NCBI GenBank assembly: GCA_049800615.1
Contig: JBARKD010000406.1
Span: 1-51,631 of the forward strand
Length of the DNA: 51,631 nt
Direction of reading: 5' to 3'
Source of the DNA: Acidobacteriaceae bacterium
GTDB taxonomy: Bacteria; Acidobacteriota; Terriglobia; Terriglobales; Acidobacteriaceae
Shown piece by piece: positions 8,464 to 15,882 of the stretch (positions within the stretch are counted from its first letter, which is position 1; the number at the start of each line of letters is the position of its first letter). The notes below the pieces were generated by a model. It was not told where the DNA came from. It saw only the letters and a list, made by a program, of their open reading frames with translations, and did not search any database. A program made the translations under genes and the position numbers.

Positions 8464-9597
8464 ATGAACAGACGCAATTTCCTGAAAAGCGCGACAATCG
8501 GAAGCTTGGCGGAGGTTGGCTTGAACGGTCTTAATGCGAAGGCTGAGAACACCAGCGGGCAAGCCGAATCGAACGAAAAACTAAAGGGTGGATGGGAAGA
8601 CGGCCTGGGGCGGCCCGTTCGCATTGCCAGTATTGGCTACATGCCCCACATTCCCCTGGAGAGGATTGCTCAGCTGGTGGACGAGCAGGGCGCACGGGGA
8701 ACGGACATCATCCTGTTGCCCGAAACCTGTCGCGGGCAGGACCAATCCAGCGAAGAACCGCTGCACGGCGCTACCGTCACCGCGCTCAGCGGGTTGGCCA
8801 AAAAGCACAAAACCTACGTTGCCTGTCCGATTGACAGAAGAGATGGCAGCCGGCGGCTGAATTCGATCGTCCTTCTCGATCGCTCCGGGCAGGTGGCTTG
8901 TATTTACGACAAAGCCTTCCCCTACTGGTCAGAATTCGATTTGCAGCCGGCGGTGGCTCCCGCCGGGGAGGCTGCGCACGTCCACCAGGCGGACTTCGGG
9001 CGGTTGGGATTAGCCACCTGTTTTGACGTCAATTTCCCTGAAGTGTGGAAACAGCTATCAGACCAGGGAGCAGAAGTGGTGGTGTGGCCCAGCGCCTATT
9101 CGGCCGGGGTCTCGCTGCAGGCTCATGCGATCAATCACCATTACTATATCGTCACTTCATCTCAGACTCCGGACTGCATCGTCTACGACATTACCGGGGA
9201 GCGGCTTCTCTACGAGCGTGCACAGGATGTCAACGTCAGCCGGGTAACTCTCGATCTCGACCGGGTCCTCTTCCACGAAAATTTCAATCTTGCTAAGCGC
9301 GACAAGTTGCTGAATGAGCATGGTCCGGAGGTCGCTCAAGAGCAGTGGCTGCGCCTGGAGCAGTGGTTCGTCCTCAGAGCGAAAACGAAGGGCGTGAGCG
9401 CCCGCGAATTATCGCGTTCTTATGGCCTCGAAGAATTGAGGCATTACCTGGACCGGAGCAGGGTAGCCATTGATCAACGCCGTGGCTGGGAGTTTGCCAA
9501 GGGAACGGTCGCCCATACTTCGCAGGACGCCGAGTTGAATCAGCCGGCTTCACTGCCGGTTAGCGCGCATGCGCCGGCAAGCGGTGGTTCTCATTGA
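8464..9597 (+). CDS. Carbon-nitrogen hydrolase (nitrilase superfamily) with a twin-arginine signal peptide
   Basis: Tat motif MNRRNFLKSATIG. The E-K-C triad context is visible: ILLPETC, YDKAFPY, LATCFDVNFPE. GGAG lies upstream of the ATG. Confidence 0.8.
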   Translation: MNRRNFLKSATIGSLAEVGLNGLNAKAENTSGQAESNEKLKGGWEDGLGRPVRIASIGYMPHIPLERIAQLVDEQGARGTDIILLPETCRGQDQSSEEPLHGATVTALSGLAKKHKTYVACPIDRRDGSRRLNSIVLLDRSGQVACIYDKAFPYWSEFDLQPAVAPAGEAAHVHQADFGRLGLATCFDVNFPEVWKQLSDQGAEVVVWPSAYSAGVSLQAHAINHHYYIVTSSQTPDCIVYDITGERLLYERAQDVNVSRVTLDLDRVLFHENFNLAKRDKLLNEHGPEVAQEQWLRLEQWFVLRAKTKGVSARELSRSYGLEELRHYLDRSRVAIDQRRGWEFAKGTVAHTSQDAELNQPASLPVSAHAPASGGSH

Positions 9598-9654
9598 GGC
9601 GCAGGCGAGAAGTCTCACTTTGACCATCAAGACAGAAGAGACAATCCGCCGGAC

Positions 9655-9981
9655 TTGCTTGGTTCGGCCCCTGTCGAAGGCCTTCCGGGATGGGAGACGC
9701 GCTTGTATCTGATCGAGTATCCACCCGGCGGTAACGGAAGCGGCCATCACCATCCGGTCGTTGGCGTGGGGTACATGCTGAGCGGAAGCATCCTGTCCGC
9801 TTTTGCCGAGGACGAACCCGAGGTCATCCAGGCAGGTCAGACCTTTGTCGATGCCGCGCACCAGATTCATCGAGTCTCTCGTAACGCCAGCGCGACCGAA
9901 CCACTACGCTTCGTCATAGCCTACACCGTCAAGCAGGGTGAGCCGGTGACCGTCCTCCCAAACGAAACGGGGGCGTCATGA
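9655..9981 (+). CDS. Cupin-domain protein
   Basis: 108 aa. The cupin motifs are GGNGSGHHHP...G and IQAGQTFVD...IHRVSN. The start is TTG, the only in-frame start after the upstream stop. Confidence 0.65.
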   Translation: MLGSAPVEGLPGWETRLYLIEYPPGGNGSGHHHPVVGVGYMLSGSILSAFAEDEPEVIQAGQTFVDAAHQIHRVSRNASATEPLRFVIAYTVKQGEPVTVLPNETGAS

Positions 9982-10238
9982 CTCGCGGCCGCCGGCATCG
10001 ATGGTTCCTCACGTTTGTGGCGATCGCAATTCTCTTCGCCATGCTCGTCACGCTGGCGACGACATCCGTTCATCCAGCCCACGGAATGGCCTGGACCGTA
10101 CTCGTCGTGCTGCTCTTTCTGGGCCCACCCGGCCTCTCCTGTTTTTCGTGGGTGTCCCTTTCTACCCGCACGAACAGATCACAAGTATCCTTTGATCCTT
10201 CCCGCTTCCAGCGCCCGCCTCCAGCCTCTACGAACTAA
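9978..10238 (+). CDS. Small membrane protein (2 predicted TM helices)
   Basis: 86 aa. There is an ATGA start/stop overlap with the cupin gene. Two hydrophobic helices are present (FLTFVAIAILFAMLVTLA, WTVLVVLLFLGPPGLSCF). Confidence 0.5.
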   Translation: MTRGRRHRWFLTFVAIAILFAMLVTLATTSVHPAHGMAWTVLVVLLFLGPPGLSCFSWVSLSTRTNRSQVSFDPSRFQRPPPASTN

Positions 10239-10321
10239 GCGAAAAACAGCCGGATCCCATTAGCAGTCCGAAGGGATCGCAGACTCTCTCCTCTGTACAT
10301 TCGCTCCTTTCCTCCGCCGGG

Positions 10322-10705
10322 GTGCCCATGGACTTTGCAACCTTCGTTGCGCGTGGCATTTACGCCTTCAACGCGCTGGTAATACTCGCCCTTTGCCTGG
10401 TGTTTGTCATTCGGCGACTGCTTTGGAGTCGCAAGCAGAACAAGCGCGGCTTCTTTCCGACCTATACCTCGGCTGGGAACGCTCTGCAATCTCTTCAGAT
10501 CATCGTCCAGCCGAAGGTCGACTACGTGCTTGCGGAAAAGCTCGAAGACGAAGCGGACGATGATGAAGAATCGGATGACAATGATAAGGTGGCGAAGCCC
10601 TTCAAGAGACAACTGCGGCAAATAAGGCTCGGCCAGCCGGTAGACCGCTTGACGGCTTTCGCAAACCGCAACCGTGATCTGGATGAAGCAGGAAAAAATC
10701 GTTGA
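10322..10705 (+). CDS. Hypothetical membrane-anchored protein with an acidic tail
   Basis: 127 aa. One N-terminal TM helix (IYAFNALVILALCLVFVI, followed by RRLLW) is followed by an acidic run EDEADDDEESDDND. There is a TTGA overlap with the next ORF. Confidence 0.5.
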   Translation: MPMDFATFVARGIYAFNALVILALCLVFVIRRLLWSRKQNKRGFFPTYTSAGNALQSLQIIVQPKVDYVLAEKLEDEADDDEESDDNDKVAKPFKRQLRQIRLGQPVDRLTAFANRNRDLDEAGKNR

Positions 10706-11319
10706 AGTCGCATCCGGCAAAGCTTCCGCGAAAAGAACAGCAGCAATTGCTGAACGACCTCAATTATCTGAACATGGCGGAGATCAAGTCATTTTGTAAA
10801 CGCTATGCTATTCCATTCAGGATTGCCGTAGAGACCGAAAATGGCAGCAGGATCCTCACCAAAGAGGACGACAGAAAAGGCATAATTTTAGACCGGATCA
10901 GGCATTTTCTGAGGACCGGGTCTGTTCCGGAAGCAACTTGCTTTCCCGCCGCGGTCGTCTGCTTTGGCCCGCTTCCGGAAAACCTCAGGGAGGGCGACAG
11001 GCTCTTTTACGGGCAATATGACAAGACGAATCAGTCAATGCGCGATCTCCTGCAGGGCTTAACAGACGGGAAATTCAGGCACGGCGCGATTGCCCGAATC
11101 CTGGCCCGCGAATTCTGGAGCGGAGGCGAGGCCCCGACCTTCGCCAAATACGCCGCAGCATGGCTAGAAGCTTCCAGGCAACATACAAAGCCTAATCCGG
11201 AGTGGGCTTTCTTATCCGATCGAGCAAGCGCCGGAAATATCAAAAACTGGAAAAAGCTCAGAGCAGAAAAAGCCGCTCACGTCCTCGCGACCATGCATCG
11301 GCTGCTTTCCTCGGGCTAA
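10702..11319 (+). CDS. Hypothetical protein with a SAP-like N-terminal motif
   Basis: 205 aa. It is translationally coupled to the preceding ORF. LNYLNMAEIKSFCKRYAIP resembles a SAP/helix-extended-helix motif. I recognised no enzymatic motif. Confidence 0.5.
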   Translation: MKSHPAKLPRKEQQQLLNDLNYLNMAEIKSFCKRYAIPFRIAVETENGSRILTKEDDRKGIILDRIRHFLRTGSVPEATCFPAAVVCFGPLPENLREGDRLFYGQYDKTNQSMRDLLQGLTDGKFRHGAIARILAREFWSGGEAPTFAKYAAAWLEASRQHTKPNPEWAFLSDRASAGNIKNWKKLRAEKAAHVLATMHRLLSSG

Positions 11320-11420
11320 AGTAAGCGCCACCATTGCTCTACCGGCGTGTTCCTCATACATTGAGAAAACAGCAAGAGTGAAACAGCAATTTCACAGTTT
11401 TGCGTGAGAGGTTTTGATTT

Positions 11421-13181
11421 ATGCCGGTACGCCCGCTATTGCTTGGCGTTTTGTCGCTAATTCTGCTAGTTCAGGCTGCCAGGTCACAATCAACGCCTGC
11501 GGCCGGAGCCCCCGTCACGAATGCGGGGTCTATCCACGATGACCGGCAGCATCCCCGCGAACCCTCGCGCGACAATGCCTTTTCTATGACCATCAATCGC
11601 TACGGCATTGTGGCCACCTTGCAGACGCTGGCTTCTCAGGCCGGCGCGACCGTCCTGGCCAAAGGCGGGAATGCCGTGGACGCGGCAATTGCCGCCAATG
11701 CCGCGGTAGGAGTGATCGAGCCGATGATGGACGGGATCGGAGGCGACCTCTTTACCATCCTGTGGGAGCCCAAAGAAAAGAAGATGTATGCCCTGAACGC
11801 CAGCGGGTGGTCGGCCAAGGCGCAGACCATCGAGGCCATGAAGGCGAAAGGGCAGACTACGATTGGAGCCAGCAGCATCTACTCGGTCACGGTTCCCGGA
11901 GCGGTAGCCGGTTGGGAGGCGTTGCACGCGAAGTTCGGCAAACTGTCCCTGGCTGAGGATCTCGCGCCCGCCATTGCGCTGGCGGAAAATGGATTTCCCG
12001 TGACCGAGACCGACTCGGCAAACTGGGTCGAGTACGGTTTGAACTTCAAAGACCGGCCCGCCTTTGCCGGTGTCTATCTTCCGGGCGGAACCTATCCTCG
12101 CGTGGGGCAAATGTTCCGCAATCCCGATCTTGCCGCCAGTCTCCGCCTTATCGCCAAAGATGGGGCGGCTGCTTTTTACCGCGGCCCGATCGCGGATGCC
12201 ATCGTCAAGCTCTCCACCGAGCAGAATGGATTCCTTACCAAAGAAGATTTTGCCGATTACCAACCGGAATGGGTTGACCCTGTTTCCACCACCTACCACG
12301 GTTGGAGGGTATGGGAGACACCGCCGAATACGCAGGGGATCGCCGCGCTTTCCATGTTGAATGTGATGGAGCTTTACCCCCTGCGCGAGTGGGGCCATGA
12401 TTCGGCCAGAACCCTGCACATCGAGATGGAAGCCAAGGCGCTGGCCTACTCTGACATGCTGCACTACGTTGGCGACCCGCGTACCGATGACATCCCGACG
12501 GCCAAGCTGATCTCGAAGGCACTGGCCAAGGAACGAGCCAAGGGCATCACCGACAAAGCCAACTGCAAGGTCCTGCCGTCGGATCGCAAAGAACAATTGG
12601 ACAAGCTGCAGTCGGAAACCACATATCTGGCCACGGTCGACCGTGACGGCATGGTCGTTTCTTTTATTCAATCGAACTCGGGCAACTTCGGCGCGGGACT
12701 GGTGGCGGAGCATACCGGCTTCGTCCTGCAAAATCGCGGGACCGGGTTCTACATTCAGCCGGGACAGCCAAACTCCCTTGCCGGCCACAAACGGCCCCTG
12801 CACACCATCATCCCGGCCATGATGCAGAAGGATGGGCAAACCATCGGCTTTGGCATCATGTCCGGCTTTAACCAGGCGCAGGCCCACGCCCAGTTCGTCG
12901 CCAACGTGGTGGACTTCAATATGAACCTCCAGGAGGCCATGGATGCGGCGCGTTTCAACAAGGACAACTCCGGCTGCAGGGTCAACCTGGAGGACGGGTA
13001 TTCCCGTGAGGTTATGGAACACCTGGCGGCCCAGGGCCACCAGGTCAACCTTGTCCCCCGCTACTCCCAGGTGATGGGAAGGGGCAACGCGGTCATGCAT
13101 GACGACACCTTGGGGGTGAATTTTGGGGCATCCGACCCCCGCGCGGACGGACAAGCCGTTCCCGAGCAGCCACCGTACTGA
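11421..13181 (+). CDS. ggt: Gamma-glutamyltranspeptidase
   Basis: 586 aa with a signal peptide. The autoprocessing/catalytic Thr context is SETTYLATVDRDGMVVSFIQSN. Downstream motifs include GFVLQNRG and MSGFNQAQ. Confidence 0.9.
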   Translation: MPVRPLLLGVLSLILLVQAARSQSTPAAGAPVTNAGSIHDDRQHPREPSRDNAFSMTINRYGIVATLQTLASQAGATVLAKGGNAVDAAIAANAAVGVIEPMMDGIGGDLFTILWEPKEKKMYALNASGWSAKAQTIEAMKAKGQTTIGASSIYSVTVPGAVAGWEALHAKFGKLSLAEDLAPAIALAENGFPVTETDSANWVEYGLNFKDRPAFAGVYLPGGTYPRVGQMFRNPDLAASLRLIAKDGAAAFYRGPIADAIVKLSTEQNGFLTKEDFADYQPEWVDPVSTTYHGWRVWETPPNTQGIAALSMLNVMELYPLREWGHDSARTLHIEMEAKALAYSDMLHYVGDPRTDDIPTAKLISKALAKERAKGITDKANCKVLPSDRKEQLDKLQSETTYLATVDRDGMVVSFIQSNSGNFGAGLVAEHTGFVLQNRGTGFYIQPGQPNSLAGHKRPLHTIIPAMMQKDGQTIGFGIMSGFNQAQAHAQFVANVVDFNMNLQEAMDAARFNKDNSGCRVNLEDGYSREVMEHLAAQGHQVNLVPRYSQVMGRGNAVMHDDTLGVNFGASDPRADGQAVPEQPPY

Positions 13182-13373
13182 AACAGGCGTGTAAGCTGCT
13201 GTTTTCCTGACCGGCATCCCGCCCCCACATCCCCCTTCGACCTGCGCTGGCTGGACGTGATAGAGTGCGGTCTGCAAGAAAAGTGGCTCCTGACGCGTTG
13301 CGTAATGCGCAATACGTGCCTCAGGATACCCAGCGGCCCCGCCGCCTCACTCCCCGAAAGGGAAGGGAAAAGG

Positions 13374-15692
13374 ATGCAAGGTCTACAAAGACTAGGAATT
13401 TCGCGCATCGGACAACATCGCATCAACACTCTTTCGCAGACCGTTTCCGTCATCGTCACGCTGCTCATTTGCGGCACAACATCGCTCGCCCAGGACAGCT
13501 CCTGGAAGGATTACCTCGGGGGACCGGCGAGCGCCCACTATTCCACGCTGAAGCAAATCAATCCCGGTAACGTAAAAGACCTGGAAGTCGCCTGGAGCTA
13601 CCCAACCGGGGATGACATCACCTACACATTCAGCCCGCTAGTCATCGACAACATTGCTTATTTCGCCGCCAAGGAGGGATCGCTGGTCGCCGTGGATGCG
13701 ACCACCGGCAAAGAGGTATGGGTTCATCGTTTCCCCGGCGGAACCGGTATGGCAGCGCGCTTCGCCGGCGTCGCGGGCATGCGCGGTGCAAATTACTGGG
13801 AGAGCAAGGATCGTACCGATCGCCGGCTGCTGGTGACCTCGGGAGGATTCCTGCATGCCATTGACGCGCGGACCGGCCAGCTGATCGACTCCTTTGCCGA
13901 TCACGGCAAGCTTGATCTGAAGACAGGCATCGATCGTGCCACCAGGCCGCTGGCATCGAGAAGCGCGGGCCGGGTATTTGAAAACATACTGATCCTCGGC
14001 AGTGCAACGGGAGAAGGATACCTGGCGCCCCCAGGGGATATTCGCGCCTTCGACATTGTCACGGGCAAGCTACTGTGGGTGTTCCATACCATTCCGCGGC
14101 CGGGCGAGTTCGGCTTCGACACCTGGCCGAAAGATGCTTACAAATACATGGGCGGCGTGGATGTATGGGGAGAAATCACGGTCGACGTGAAGCGGGGAAT
14201 TGCTTACTTTCCCGTTGCGTCGGCGAAGTATGAGCTCTACGGCGGGGACCGGCCGGGTAACAATCTCTATGCCGATTGCATATTGGCCCTGGATGCTCGC
14301 ACCGGCAAGGAACTTTGGCATTTCCAGACGGTTCATCACGATGTTTGGGATTACGACCCGGATGCGGCTCCGCAACTGGTGACTGTGCAGCACGACGGCA
14401 AGACGGTTGATGCGGTAGCGCTCGCTTCCAAGAACGGGTTTCTCTATGTATTCGACCGAGTCACGGGCAAGCCGCTGTGGCCCATCGAGGAGCGTCCTGT
14501 GCCGGCGAGCGACGTGCCCGCGGAAGTGACGTCGAAGACGCAGCCTTTCCCCACAGTCGTGCCTCCGTTTTCTCGCCAGGGCATGACCGTCAAAGACATG
14601 TACACGAAGTTCATGCGGCCGGAAGAAATTCCCTGGTGGACAGACCGGCTTACCAAAGCGAGAACCGGTCTCTACACCCCACCCTCTCTGACCGCCGACA
14701 CCATCAATCTGCCCAGCGTGAACGGTGGCGCGTTGTTCTTCAGCACCGGTGCGGACGCGGCCAAAGGCATGGTGTACGTGGTATCGAAGGACATGCCGTC
14801 GATTGTGAAGCTGGTACCGGCGGGAGAGTCGACCACTGCAAACGCCGGCAACCTGATTCCAAGTCACCCGCGCAAAGCAGGAGGACGCCCCAGATCCGGT
14901 TTCCCGACAATCGAGGAGATGGGGCGCGCGGTGTATGAACAGAATTGCCAGCTCTGCCACGGACCTGACCTCAAGGGGGATCGCGGCCCTGCGCTGGATA
15001 CGGTGGTAAGCCGGCTGGGCGCTGACGCAACGCACAATACAATCGCGAACGGCAGAGGGGGCATGCCCTCGTTTTCTGCGCTGCCGCCTCAGTCCATGAG
15101 TCAGCTGATGGCCTTTCTGAAGCAGCCTGACCTGGCGCCGCCGGGCTCGGCGCCGTCGGCAGCTACGCAGGCATTAGTAAGGTCGTTTGCCGAGCCTCCT
15201 TATCCGGCAGACGTTGAGGAGCCTCCGTCGCGTTACAAGACCGGTTATGGTAACGAGCCGTATGTGATCACTCCGCCCTGGAGCACCATCAGCGCTTATG
15301 ACCTGAACACCGGCAAAATCAAGTGGCAGACGCCGTATGGCGATCTTCCACAGGCCGGTCCCAGTGACACGTTGCGCGGCAATGTATATCCGAAGAGCGG
15401 GTTTGTGCTGACGGCCGGCGGGGTCATGTTTTTCGCCGGCAACGATTCGAAACTTTATGGATTGGACACCGCCACCGGAAAGATGATTTTCACCAAAGAT
15501 CTGCCCAATGGATCGCAGGGCGTACCCGCGGTCTACGAAGCCAATGGACGGGAATACATATTGGTCGCCGTTTGCGGCGGAGCTACACAATACCCGGAGG
15601 GCGCTTACCTGCCTCCGGGCGGAACGCTGCCGCCCCAGACCTCGAAAAGCTATATCGCATTCGCCCTGCCCAACGGCGATAAGAAGCATTGA
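13374..15692 (+). CDS. PQQ-dependent dehydrogenase (glucose/quinate-type propeller) with an internally inserted c-type cytochrome domain
   Basis: VHHDVWDYD is a PQQ-GDH-type motif. The haem motif CQLCH lies at nt 14946-14960, with GGMPSF as the candidate Met ligand. Propeller sequence continues after the cytochrome module. The start was set at ATG 13374, which has a GGAAGGGAAAAGG RBS and is followed by a signal-like helix. Confidence 0.8.
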   Translation: MQGLQRLGISRIGQHRINTLSQTVSVIVTLLICGTTSLAQDSSWKDYLGGPASAHYSTLKQINPGNVKDLEVAWSYPTGDDITYTFSPLVIDNIAYFAAKEGSLVAVDATTGKEVWVHRFPGGTGMAARFAGVAGMRGANYWESKDRTDRRLLVTSGGFLHAIDARTGQLIDSFADHGKLDLKTGIDRATRPLASRSAGRVFENILILGSATGEGYLAPPGDIRAFDIVTGKLLWVFHTIPRPGEFGFDTWPKDAYKYMGGVDVWGEITVDVKRGIAYFPVASAKYELYGGDRPGNNLYADCILALDARTGKELWHFQTVHHDVWDYDPDAAPQLVTVQHDGKTVDAVALASKNGFLYVFDRVTGKPLWPIEERPVPASDVPAEVTSKTQPFPTVVPPFSRQGMTVKDMYTKFMRPEEIPWWTDRLTKARTGLYTPPSLTADTINLPSVNGGALFFSTGADAAKGMVYVVSKDMPSIVKLVPAGESTTANAGNLIPSHPRKAGGRPRSGFPTIEEMGRAVYEQNCQLCHGPDLKGDRGPALDTVVSRLGADATHNTIANGRGGMPSFSALPPQSMSQLMAFLKQPDLAPPGSAPSAATQALVRSFAEPPYPADVEEPPSRYKTGYGNEPYVITPPWSTISAYDLNTGKIKWQTPYGDLPQAGPSDTLRGNVYPKSGFVLTAGGVMFFAGNDSKLYGLDTATGKMIFTKDLPNGSQGVPAVYEANGREYILVAVCGGATQYPEGAYLPPGGTLPPQTSKSYIAFALPNGDKKH

Positions 15693-15882
15693 CCGCCAAC
15701 AAAAACTGTCGGCTGGGAACGATCCTTCCCCTTGCCAGCCTGAACTGTGGAGTCAGTTAACCCCGCCAGCTCCGTTTTCCAAGACCGCAAAAAAAGAAAA
15801 GTGAAATTTAGCGCATTGCAAGGGTTTTTTGCCAGGGAACTCGTTTTTCTGTACTTGGAATTCACTTCTCTCGGAGACTGCC

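Noticed and set aside
10235-10720. 161-aa minus-strand ORF overlapping the 10322-10705 gene
   Set aside because: The plus-strand alternative has a clean TM helix and is translationally coupled (TTGA) to the next ORF. The minus-strand product lacks features. This is a moderate-confidence rejection, flagged for an RNA-seq check.
11490-13277. 595-aa ORF on the minus strand spanning the whole ggt locus
   Set aside because: It runs antisense to a gene with clear gamma-glutamyltranspeptidase motifs. Its translation is Arg/Gly/His/Val-rich and low in complexity, with no recognisable motif. This is the typical stop-free shadow frame of GC-rich DNA.
13257-13373. N-terminal extensions offered by the ORF track. 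Affected regions are 13257-13373, 33922-34119, 29157-29378, 7706-7900, 26563-26721, 37611-37745, 38045-38110, 40571-40696 and 15829-15882.
   Set aside because: In each case an internal ATG with a Shine-Dalgarno-like sequence is followed immediately by a signal peptide, a Tat motif or the conserved family N-terminus. The extensions overlap upstream genes or promoters and have an atypical composition.
14070-15035. 321-aa minus-strand ORF inside the PQQ/cytochrome c gene
   Set aside because: This is a shadow ORF. The sense strand carries PQQ and CxxCH motifs, and the antisense product has an Arg/His-rich nonsense composition. The same reasoning applies to 19512-20429(+), 32022-32825(+), 36142-36855(-), 43110-43892(-), 50415-51161(-), 39449-40057(+) and the many sub-150-aa ORFs listed in the track.
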